This document shows positions 9,980 through 17,509 of a DNA stretch of 64,000 bases, one piece after another. Positions within the stretch are counted from its first letter, which is position 1. Each line of letters opens with the position of its first letter. Below the pieces are notes generated by a model. That model saw only the letters and a program-made list of their open reading frames with translations, made no database searches and was not told where the DNA came from. A program made the translations under genes and the position numbers. Source of the DNA: Minisyncoccota bacterium (GTDB lineage: Bacteria > Patescibacteriota > Minisyncoccia > Phycocordibacterales > UBA9973); the NCBI GenBank assembly GCA_035491955.1, contig DATJJU010000001.1, forward strand, positions 393 through 64,392, read 5' to 3'.

Positions 9980-10438
9980 TTACGAAACACTAATGACTTC
10001 GTATTCCATATCTCCCTTCGGAGTGCTGACAGTGATACTGTCCCCTTTCTTTTTACCATTAAGGGCTGCACCGATCGGCGACTTGTAAGAAATCTTGCCA
10101 GAGAGCATATCAGTTTCTTCGCTGCCGACAATAGTAAATGTGCGAGTGTTTGATTCGCCCTGCTTTTGAATCACCACAGTAGCGCCAACGCCGACAATAC
10201 CGTCAGACGATCGGTCAACAACTTCTGCATGCTTCAAAATATTTTCGATCACGGCAATGCGCTCTTCAAGCTTACCTTGTTCTTCACGAGCGATATGGTA
10301 TTCAGCGTTTTCAGAAAGATCGCCAAGTGACTTGGCATATTCGATAGCTGAAATAATTTCCTTGCGCTTCACAGTTGTTAGTTGCTTGTGCTCTGCTTCA
10401 AGTGCTTCTTTATTTTCTTTGGTCAGATATTCCTTCAT
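9980..10438 (-). CDS. greA: transcription elongation factor GreA
   Basis: GreA coiled-coil N-terminal domain and FKBP-like C-terminal domain; 152 aa. Confidence 0.92.
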   Translation of the reverse strand: MKEYLTKENKEALEAEHKQLTTVKRKEIISAIEYAKSLGDLSENAEYHIAREEQGKLEERIAVIENILKHAEVVDRSSDGIVGVGATVVIQKQGESNTRTFTIVGSEETDMLSGKISYKSPIGAALNGKKKGDSITVSTPKGDMEYEVISVS

Positions 10439-10464
10439 TAGTTCAATACTATACTACCCCTCGC

Positions 10465-12156
10465 TTATTCGGTCAAAAGACTAGGATCAGAACCATACAA
10501 ACTAATAACAGGCTGCATGGCATGGCTTGCTCCAGTAGAGATCAGAGGGCCGTCCTCCATCAAGACAATAAAAGCATATTGCGGGTGATCAAGCGGGAAG
10601 AAACCTTCTACCCATGAGTTCACGCGAGTGTTCCCTTTGATCTGGGCTGTACCAGTCTTGGCGCCCACGCCAAAGGCAGGGTTCTGCAAATTAGCAGCCG
10701 TACCACCTGTCTCTGTGTCCATATGCATACCGGTAAAGATGGCATTATATTCGCTGTCATTGAATGGCAACTGTTCTATCTTGCCGATCGGTTTGCCGTC
10801 CACGCTCTTCAAAATACTTGGCGTGACGAGCGTACCGCGAGAAGCAATACCAGAGATTGCTCTGAGCATCTGTATTGGTGTAACTTGAAATCCATACTGG
10901 CCGATAGCCGTGTGATAGGTGTCGCCGATACGCCATGTGGGATCAGCTGGGAAATTCTTTGCTTTCCATGCAATGCTTGGCACCGTACCATTAAGCTCAC
11001 CGCTAAAATTAATGCCGGTCTTTTGTCCAAGACCAAACATTTCTGCGTATTTGTCGATATTGGCAATGCCAAGACCTTGTTGGCCACCAAATCCTCCCCC
11101 GATTTCATAAAAGTAGACATCAGAAGATACAGCCAGAGCTTTATACATATCAACATCGCCGTGATTGGCGTTATCTTTGAAGATGGTGTACTGACCAGGA
11201 GCATAAGGGTTTGGCACGCGCAATACGCCATTGGTATGAAGAACGGTATCAGGAGTAATAATACCTTCCTGCAGTGCCGCAATAGCCAAGAACGGCTTCA
11301 CAATAGAGCCGGGCGTATAGAGACCATCTGTTACGCGATCCAAAAATGGACGAGCCGGGCTTTGAATATATCCGGTGATAGTAGCTTTGTCCTTGCCGGC
11401 AGAAAGAATATTTTCATCGTACTCAGGATAGCTTGTCATGGCGATAAGCTCTCCGGTTTTTATATTCATAACTGCTCCTGCGCCGCCAACATACCCTGAC
11501 TGTTGCGCTAGCGCTTGTATGCCATCGTACAAAGTCTGCTGAACTTTGCTATCGATAGATAGAGAGATATTTTTTCCTTCTACTGGATCTTCAATAGTGC
11601 TGGTGGAAATAGTGGTGCCATTCACATCAGTCTCAATAAGCTGCGTGCCATTCTGTCCTGCCAGGTCGGTATCAAACTGTTTCTCAATGCCATCCTTACC
11701 CATCGTACGCGTCTGCCAAAAATGACCCTTGCTGTCTTTTGCGGGATATGAGACATAGCCAAGCAATGTAGCAAAGCCGGGGTGAGTGATGTAGTCACGA
11801 AATGTCGGCACAACATCGTTGCCGGGAGCATTCCATGCCAATTCTACGCCGTTGCGATCATAGATCACTCCTCTATCGGCAAAGACTGCGATGTGGTCCA
11901 AACTATTCTGTTCGCTTTTCTTTTCATAAAAACCGCTTCTAGTGATTTGCAAAATTGCCAAGCGGCCAACGAAAAATAGCGCCACGACAATCATGACGCC
12001 GAAGAGCGCGTTGAAAGAACTCTTGCCTATCGGCTTTTCCATGCGGCCTTCGAACTGCTGGCGATCAAACTCCGGCAAGTTGTTTACATCGAGCAATATT
12101 TCATCTGGGTGCAATTCTGCCACCAGCCTCTTTTTTCTTTTACGCTTCCAAACCAT
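10465..12156 (-). CDS. mrdA: class B penicillin-binding protein 2 (elongation-type transpeptidase, MrdA-like)
   Basis: N-terminal transmembrane helix and the motifs SIVK (SxxK), SSD and KTGTAQ. This is a second PBP, distinct from the dcw-cluster copy. Confidence 0.8.
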   Translation of the reverse strand: MVWKRKRKKRLVAELHPDEILLDVNNLPEFDRQQFEGRMEKPIGKSSFNALFGVMIVVALFFVGRLAILQITRSGFYEKKSEQNSLDHIAVFADRGVIYDRNGVELAWNAPGNDVVPTFRDYITHPGFATLLGYVSYPAKDSKGHFWQTRTMGKDGIEKQFDTDLAGQNGTQLIETDVNGTTISTSTIEDPVEGKNISLSIDSKVQQTLYDGIQALAQQSGYVGGAGAVMNIKTGELIAMTSYPEYDENILSAGKDKATITGYIQSPARPFLDRVTDGLYTPGSIVKPFLAIAALQEGIITPDTVLHTNGVLRVPNPYAPGQYTIFKDNANHGDVDMYKALAVSSDVYFYEIGGGFGGQQGLGIANIDKYAEMFGLGQKTGINFSGELNGTVPSIAWKAKNFPADPTWRIGDTYHTAIGQYGFQVTPIQMLRAISGIASRGTLVTPSILKSVDGKPIGKIEQLPFNDSEYNAIFTGMHMDTETGGTAANLQNPAFGVGAKTGTAQIKGNTRVNSWVEGFFPLDHPQYAFIVLMEDGPLISTGASHAMQPVISLYGSDPSLLTE

Positions 12157-12418
12157 ACACGCGCTGTACTCGCATTTTTTTCATTACATACCAGTGAATA
12201 CCAAGCATTGCTAGGACGATAAGTGTCATCCAATGACTGGTCAGACTAAGCTGGGTGCTGGGTGCATAGAGCGCATCACCAATAATGGCAGGAATAAGGA
12301 TGAGAAATTTATATGGCAAAAGAATAACTGCTGCCGCGAAAAATACCACCTGAATCCATACCGGAAACCACAATACAACTCCAATCAATATAATAACCCC
12401 CGCAATAGTGCGAATCAT
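12140..12418 (-). CDS. small membrane protein, possibly MreD-like (it lies immediately upstream of PBP2)
   Basis: 92 aa with three hydrophobic helices. Assigned by position only. Confidence 0.3.
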   Translation of the reverse strand: MIRTIAGVIILIGVVLWFPVWIQVVFFAAAVILLPYKFLILIPAIIGDALYAPSTQLSLTSHWMTLIVLAMLGIHWYVMKKMRVQRVYGLEA

Positions 12419-12441
12419 GCTGGGATTTTAGCACAGTTTGG

Positions 12442-13179
12442 CTAAAAAATGAGGTTGACGATAAAACGAATCAGGAGAAGCAGGACAAGGATTATGCCAA
12501 TGTAGAAAATGATAGCGCTGCCAAAAAAAGAGGCGGCGGCAGTAGCATAAATGAGGACAATGTAGTTTAGAGGATTATCGAACTTCACCGGCGGAAGGCC
12601 GTCACCAGTATTTTGCGCAGGAGTCTTGCTTGGAGTAATACCGAGTGCCAGCTTGGTTTGATCACGAAGAGCAGCATAGGCGACTGCTTGATTTAGGCGA
12701 AATGTTTCAATTTTTGAAAGCAATGGACCGAGCCAGGCAGTGAGCGTAGAAGATCCAGGAAATGATCCGGTAGTAATAACAGGAGTAACGCCTACGCCGA
12801 CACTGACCGTACCGAGTGTACCAAGAAGGGCCGGAATGCTTTTCTTATTTTTATCTACTGCGCCAGTAACACTTGCAGTGACCACAGTAGCTTTTGCTGG
12901 CATGAGCCATTTTTGTACGAGGGTCTTGGCAGATTGCGAAGCAACAAGAGCGCTCTGAGTACCGATTACACCTGCGTCGGTTTTAAACTGAACGGTGACT
13001 GTGGCATCCTGGGTTTGATTGTTATAGACCAATGCATTAAGTGTAATAGGGGCACCCGAAGCAGCATCGCTTGGAGTAAACCAGACACTGGTATTAGGAA
13101 TAGTATCTACTGCTAGAGCATGACCGTGGAAAATAACAAACGAAAAGAGTGCGATGAAGATGAGAGAAAATTTTTTCAT
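12442..13179 (-). CDS. hypothetical secreted protein with a C-terminal membrane anchor
   Basis: Signal peptide, Thr/Ser/Val-rich domain, C-terminal transmembrane helix; 245 aa. Confidence 0.5.
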   Translation of the reverse strand: MKKFSLIFIALFSFVIFHGHALAVDTIPNTSVWFTPSDAASGAPITLNALVYNNQTQDATVTVQFKTDAGVIGTQSALVASQSAKTLVQKWLMPAKATVVTASVTGAVDKNKKSIPALLGTLGTVSVGVGVTPVITTGSFPGSSTLTAWLGPLLSKIETFRLNQAVAYAALRDQTKLALGITPSKTPAQNTGDGLPPVKFDNPLNYIVLIYATAAASFFGSAIIFYIGIILVLLLLIRFIVNLIF

Positions 13180-13180
13180 A

Positions 13181-13909
13181 TTATCGTAATGAGAATGAGG
13201 CTTTTACAGTTTCTGTAATTTGCTTTTCTACCTGAGAGGTATCATAGCTGCCATAGTCAGATACATCAGTAGAGTTCAAGGACTGAACCTGTACTACCCC
13301 ACTATTAGCACTCATCAATGTGCCCACTCTTCGTCCTGAACTCTTTGCCAGCTCCGCCACACGAGCTTTCGCATCGGCAATAGCCTGAGAAAGAAGCTTG
13401 ATGCGGGCATCAGCCAGTTTTGAATAGTAGTATTCCAGAGAGTTTGTTGAGAAGATTACGCCTTTATCAATAAGAGCAGACGCGTGATTCGCAGCGTCAG
13501 TAATCTTTTGAACATCACCGGACTGAATGGTAAATGTTTGATTGAGCGTATAAATTTTTTCTGCAGCCTGGTTTTGCTGATACTGCTCATTCATAGAAAT
13601 AGGAGAAATAGTAAGCTCGCTATCGGTAATACCTTGATCCTTCAGGAAGGATTTTGTCGCAACCAGATCAGATGCCATTTGAGCATAGCCGTTCTTAAGA
13701 CTACTTGCTGTAACAGTACGGGCGGTCTGAGCCGTCCACTTTGCCTGGTCAGAAGTTACTTCCATCTTTGCAGATCCAGTAACTGTTACAACATCGTTCT
13801 GAGCGCGAACACGAAAAACGGTGTACATGCCGATTAAAATGGCAATGATAAGACTCAGTCCCAAGATAGCGCCGAGCTTTACAAGTGGATGTTGTTTTTC
13901 CCAATACAT
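13181..13909 (-). CDS. SIMPL/DUF541-family periplasmic protein (BP26-like)
   Basis: N-terminal transmembrane helix, then a VTGSAKMEV...QTFTIQ...ADAKARVAELA pattern typical of the SIMPL domain. Confidence 0.5.
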   Translation of the reverse strand: MYWEKQHPLVKLGAILGLSLIIAILIGMYTVFRVRAQNDVVTVTGSAKMEVTSDQAKWTAQTARTVTASSLKNGYAQMASDLVATKSFLKDQGITDSELTISPISMNEQYQQNQAAEKIYTLNQTFTIQSGDVQKITDAANHASALIDKGVIFSTNSLEYYYSKLADARIKLLSQAIADAKARVAELAKSSGRRVGTLMSANSGVVQVQSLNSTDVSDYGSYDTSQVEKQITETVKASFSLR

Positions 13910-13927
13910 ATCACAAGTATATACTGT

Positions 13928-14188
13928 TTATTTTTTGATAGCACCTTCTTTTATCAACAATGCACGCTTGGCCTCAGAACCACCGCGATTGTAGTTGCCG
14001 ATGCTGCCGTCTGAACGGAGCACGCGATGACATGGCACAGTCGGATCATAGTTCTGTCGCATATAGGTACCGACAGCGCGAGCGGCCTTGGCATTCCCTG
14101 CCTTCTTTGCTACTTCGCCATAGGTCATAGTCTTGCCTTTTGGGATGTTGCGTACCACATCAAGGACTTTTTCTTTGAAGGTTTTCAT
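13928..14188 (-). CDS. MGMT-family DNA-binding domain protein (O6-alkylguanine alkyltransferase C-terminal domain only, active-site PCHRV present)
   Basis: HTH followed by PCHRVLRSDGSIGNY; there is no N-terminal MGMT domain. Start moved to MKTFKEK. Confidence 0.75.
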   Translation of the reverse strand: MKTFKEKVLDVVRNIPKGKTMTYGEVAKKAGNAKAARAVGTYMRQNYDPTVPCHRVLRSDGSIGNYNRGGSEAKRALLIKEGAIKK

Positions 14189-14264
14189 GGATATAAGTAT
14201 ACCGCACAAAGCAAAAAGCGTTTTTCCCTTTGGGAAAAACGCTTCATATATAATTTACTATTAT

Positions 14265-14786
14265 TTATTTAAGAAAAGCATACCAAACGCTGTCATGGAT
14301 AAAGAGACCCTGCATACGGACATATGACCCTCGATCACGACCCCGCCACCAGGCATAGCATGCTTCACCGCAACCATCGATCAGACAACCTGTTGTCTCA
14401 ACAACTTCTACCTTTGTTCGATCCAGCCTACGGTTAAGATCGGGGTACTGCCGACCGAGAGCAAATAATGCATGCGGTACTGTCTTGCGCAGTTTGTTTT
14501 GTAAACCCCATTCTAATGCTTTTTTGTAGCCATAACTAATATCCGACCAATTGAACAAGACGATGGTTTCTTGTACTACACTTTCTTGCGGCATAGCATA
14601 TTGATCGGCAAACATGCGGGCATTGTACGACAGCCGCATCTGATTGCTGGCATCCATAGCAGCCTCCTCAAATGGTTTGATGTAGTTCACTTCCAAGGGA
14701 AGCATGCGAACCCGGCCATCAACTTTCTTAGCATTAGCTTGTAGGTCGTTAAACCACACATAAATATCATCTTCTAAAAGTTCCAT
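14265..14786 (-). CDS. hypothetical protein
   Basis: 173-aa ORF with no recognisable motif. Confidence 0.45.
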   Translation of the reverse strand: MELLEDDIYVWFNDLQANAKKVDGRVRMLPLEVNYIKPFEEAAMDASNQMRLSYNARMFADQYAMPQESVVQETIVLFNWSDISYGYKKALEWGLQNKLRKTVPHALFALGRQYPDLNRRLDRTKVEVVETTGCLIDGCGEACYAWWRGRDRGSYVRMQGLFIHDSVWYAFLK

Positions 14787-14870
14787 AGTGATTTTTTTCG
14801 TACAATAAAAGAAAATGGGTTGTTTGTCAATAAGAAAAAGATTTGTCCATACATGGACGCTGTTAAATTG

Positions 14871-14928
14871 GGGTCCACAAGAAAAATCCCTCCATTATTT
14901 CTAACAGAGGGATTTTTCTTGTGGACCC
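14871..14928. repeat. perfect 22-bp inverted repeat (GGGTCCACAAGAAAAATCCCTC / GAGGGATTTTTCTTGTGGACCC, 14-nt loop) whose distal arm contains the last 7 nt of tRNA-Ala
   Basis: Read directly from the sequence: arms at 14871-14892 and 14907-14928. Confidence 0.85.
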
Positions 14929-14994
14929 TAGGAGATTCGAACTCCTGACCTCCTCTTTGCAAAAGAGGCGCTCTACCAACTAAGCTAAGGGCCC
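14922..14994 (-). tRNA. tRNA-Ala (anticodon UGC)
   Basis: Hand-folded cloverleaf with a G3:U70 pair, anticodon loop UUUGCAA and TPsiC loop TTCGAAT. CCA is not encoded. Confidence 0.9.
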
Positions 14995-15081
14995 AATATT
15001 CAAGTACAAGTGATTTTACTATATATCTGTTTTTTTGCAATTACCGACCATTGTTGTGTAATGGGTGGGGTCTGACCCCAT

Positions 15082-15666
15082 TTATTTAAACTCAAAAAGT
15101 TTATCGCGGAAGTCTTCGATACGACCCTTCTTATCTAGCTGTATTCCCTCCTTTTTATAGAGCGCACGACGCTTGGCTTCGTGTGTACTATCAAACCAGG
15201 CTCGGCCATCAGAGTAGACGATGCGATGAAATGGAATATTCTTCTCCCCTGCTTTGTAGGCTTTGCCGAGAATACCGGTAATACTACGAGACGCCATTGA
15301 ACCACCGCCAGCTGCTCGTGCAATCAGTCCGTACGTTGTAACTTTTCCGGCAGGCACCATGAGCGCCAATTCCACAACACGATCGCTGAATGTTTTCATC
15401 GCAGCAGTATGGTTATTTGATGTATTTTTCATAAGTATTGTTTTTTGTTCTCGCGTAAGCTTTTTTAATTCTGCCTCACGGCTAAGGGCATGTCCTCGAT
15501 CTTTGTGTACTTCATTATATTTCATAATGACCGGCCTGCGAATTTTAGTATACCGAGCACCAGACTTCAGATAGTTATGACTATGGAGGCGTTTCTCTAA
15601 GTCGTTCGTTGAGCCAATATAATACGAGCCATCAGCACATTCCAAAATATACACGTAATACTTCAT
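15082..15666 (-). CDS. fusion protein: N-terminal GIY-YIG nuclease domain (UPF0213/YhbQ-like) plus C-terminal alkyltransferase-like (ATL/MGMT DNA-binding) domain with PFHRIV in place of PCHRV
   Basis: N-terminus reads YYVYILECADGSYYIGSTNDLEKRLHSH; C-terminus reads VPAGKVTTYGLIA...NIPFHRIVYSDG. Start moved to MKYYVY. Confidence 0.75.
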   Translation of the reverse strand: MKYYVYILECADGSYYIGSTNDLEKRLHSHNYLKSGARYTKIRRPVIMKYNEVHKDRGHALSREAELKKLTREQKTILMKNTSNNHTAAMKTFSDRVVELALMVPAGKVTTYGLIARAAGGGSMASRSITGILGKAYKAGEKNIPFHRIVYSDGRAWFDSTHEAKRRALYKKEGIQLDKKGRIEDFRDKLFEFK

Positions 15667-15667
15667 A

Positions 15668-16171
15668 CTACAATACTCTGCTATCGTAGGCCCAATGTAA
15701 TAATGCCTGGCGCTGTTTTGGTCGACATGTCTCTTGCCCACGACGACAATTATTCCTAATTTGCCCTACATGACGAGTCATCATTTTCCACCGCTTAATT
15801 TGTCTTTCATCCTCTTGAGGGATGCGTCGTCCCATATAATAGCGACAATACCATTGAAACCATCCTCGCGGATCATCTTTGTATATCCAGCCGTTCTTTC
15901 GCCAGACAGAAAGCGGTTGCGAAGCATTGACCCCAAAATAGTTCAGTTCTGCATCGTGGCGTTCGTGGCAGAGCTTGGCTTTGGTAAACCAGTCTTTAGG
16001 AAATTCTTCGCGGCAATCGGTCATATACTTGCCGCCAAAAACTCCGAGTTCGAGTATTTCCTTTGGTGTCAGATCGGGCTTGAAGTCAGGGGCAAAATTT
16101 TTCCCTATGGGTTCAATACAATCATAGCTATAGTCTTGTTGCATTAGGTCATTGACTACAACTGTTTTCAT
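15668..16171 (-). CDS. hypothetical Cys/Trp-rich protein (unknown family)
   Basis: About 167 aa from MKTVVV. Conserved-looking segment NYFGVNASQPLSVWRKNGWI...DPRGWFQWYCRYYMGRR. The track ORF extends to a TTG at 16228. Confidence 0.5.
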   Translation of the reverse strand: MKTVVVNDLMQQDYSYDCIEPIGKNFAPDFKPDLTPKEILELGVFGGKYMTDCREEFPKDWFTKAKLCHERHDAELNYFGVNASQPLSVWRKNGWIYKDDPRGWFQWYCRYYMGRRIPQEDERQIKRWKMMTRHVGQIRNNCRRGQETCRPKQRQALLHWAYDSRVL

Positions 16172-16221
16172 GCAACAAGTATACCATTGTAAAATGAGCT
16201 GTTTCGGGTATAATGATGACC

Positions 16222-16347
16222 ATGGCAAAACGAAGCAAAACTATCGGTATTCATCCGAAATCAAACAAATCCCACAAGACCAAAAAGCGTCTTGAGGTCA
16301 AGCGCACAATGCTTGCAGCGAAAAAGACTAGTAAAAAGAAGAAATAA
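16222..16347 (+). CDS. leaderless small hyper-basic peptide (41 aa, MAKRSKTIGIHPKSNKSHKTKKRLEVKRTMLAAKKTSKKKK)
   Basis: TTGTAA-16-TATAAT promoter with the -10 box at about 16209-16214 and the ATG about 8 nt downstream. A strong terminator follows. Too short to appear in the ORF track. Confidence 0.35.
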   Translation: MAKRSKTIGIHPKSNKSHKTKKRLEVKRTMLAAKKTSKKKK

Positions 16348-16350
16348 TAC

Positions 16351-16384
16351 AAAAGCCCCGCCAACATGTTGGCGGGGCTTTTGT
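16351..16384. terminator. bidirectional rho-independent terminator (AAAAGCCCCGCCAACATGTTGGCGGGGCTTTT)
   Basis: Perfect 10-bp GC stem flanked by an A4 run and a T4 run. Confidence 0.8.
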
Positions 16385-16442
16385 ATTATTTCTTATTTGA
16401 CTTTTCTGTAAAAAACAGTAGTTTGAAGAAAAACACATTGAG

Positions 16443-17015
16443 ATGAAATACAAATATATAGTTATTTTTCCGATTCCCGACCCTTATCTGGAGCGGATTA
16501 TAGAGATAATGGATATCATCGCTCTCTATACCGGCATTGAGCCTCCCTACAAAAGACTGGTTCCCCATATCACCTTTCACAGACCGATAGAAAATATTGA
16601 AGAAGAGGTAATAAAAGATTTTGTAAAAAGCATGGTGCTTCAAATGCGAAGAACACGCATTACGATCAGCGATCTGTTTCCTTTTGGAAAACAATACATT
16701 GTTTTCCCGGTTCATGCTACACGAGCAGTAGCAGAATTCTGGGTGGGCATAAATTATTTATTGAGCAGGCTGAAAGAATATGTTCATGGAGAATTCGATC
16801 ATGACAATACGCTTCACATCAGCGTTGCAGAGAAAACTTCTGACGTTTTTGACGAAGTGTGGCCTACTATCAAAAAGATGGTTAGCTTTGATCCGATGAA
16901 TATTCCGGTGGGCAAGATTGCTATTTACCGCAAGCCAATCGATCCAAGTGAAAATGGTAATTGGGAACTTGTCGTGCATTATCTTATTGATTGGAGAAAA
17001 ACAAAAAGCGGCTGA
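16443..17015 (+). CDS. 2H phosphoesterase superfamily protein (LigT/2'-5' RNA ligase-like)
   Basis: Two H-x-T/S-x motifs (HITFH and HISVA) at the appropriate spacing; 190 aa. Confidence 0.65.
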   Translation: MKYKYIVIFPIPDPYLERIIEIMDIIALYTGIEPPYKRLVPHITFHRPIENIEEEVIKDFVKSMVLQMRRTRITISDLFPFGKQYIVFPVHATRAVAEFWVGINYLLSRLKEYVHGEFDHDNTLHISVAEKTSDVFDEVWPTIKKMVSFDPMNIPVGKIAIYRKPIDPSENGNWELVVHYLIDWRKTKSG

Positions 17016-17036
17016 CAAATGTCAGCCGCTTTTTTA
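17008..17036. terminator. bidirectional terminator (GCGGCTGACA-aa-TGTCAGCCGC followed by T6)
   Basis: Hairpin with flanking A and T runs, between two convergent genes. Confidence 0.8.
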
Positions 17037-17044
17037 ATTTCTTA

Positions 17045-17461
17045 CTACTTCCACGCATTCAAGATCAATGCGAAGGCAATGAAGGTGACGAGTTCATTGC
17101 CGATGCCGATCCAAAACATTTTCCATGAGAGCTTCTTCGGCTTGCCGCTCCAGAGCGCTCCGCCGCCCATAACGGTAACAGTGAAGCCAAACCATACGAA
17201 GATAGCAATCTCCACTGCGCCAGCCATGCCAGCCCAGTGCAGGATCACTTGATCCAATGCCCAGGCCTGAATCAATGCGAGAACGAACTGTACGAAGTAC
17301 ATGCCCCACATTTTCTTCTTCATTTCCTCTTTGCGTTCTGGAGTCATTTCCGGAGCGCCCATAACTTCCATCTGAGCCTTGCCAAACAATGGACCATGCC
17401 AGATAGAACCAATGATCATTGCTGCAATACCGCAGACAAGGATCGCTACATAATTAACCAT
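17045..17461 (-). CDS. DUF1761 family membrane protein
   Basis: 138 aa; begins MVNYVAILVCGIAAMIIGSIWHGPLFGKAQ and has four transmembrane helices, as in DUF1761. Confidence 0.65.
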   Translation of the reverse strand: MVNYVAILVCGIAAMIIGSIWHGPLFGKAQMEVMGAPEMTPERKEEMKKKMWGMYFVQFVLALIQAWALDQVILHWAGMAGAVEIAIFVWFGFTVTVMGGGALWSGKPKKLSWKMFWIGIGNELVTFIAFALILNAWK

Positions 17462-17509
17462 AAAAAATAAATAAATACTTATAAAAACACTAACAACTTA
17501 TAGTGTAGA

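Noticed and set aside
10723-11499. 258-aa plus-strand ORF (also 10809..11282, 20834..21457, 21467..21844, 5265..5636, 7186..7488 and similar)
   Set aside because: These are antisense ORFs lying fully inside well-supported genes (PBP2, purL, recR, ftsI). They have no motifs and are typical shadow ORFs.
14774-15040. 88-aa minus-strand ORF
   Set aside because: It is entirely overlapped by tRNA-Ala and its hairpin trailer (it translates GGQEFESPRV from the tRNA T-arm); spurious.
15668-16228. Track start (TTG at 16228) for the Cys/Trp-rich ORF, and an exact frame check near 16200
   Set aside because: My hand count of the printed sequence around 16196-16204 disagrees with the track frame by 1 nt, so I kept the track coordinates and chose the internal ATG (about 16171). 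That leaves the 16172-16221 promoter for the leaderless peptide gene intergenic.
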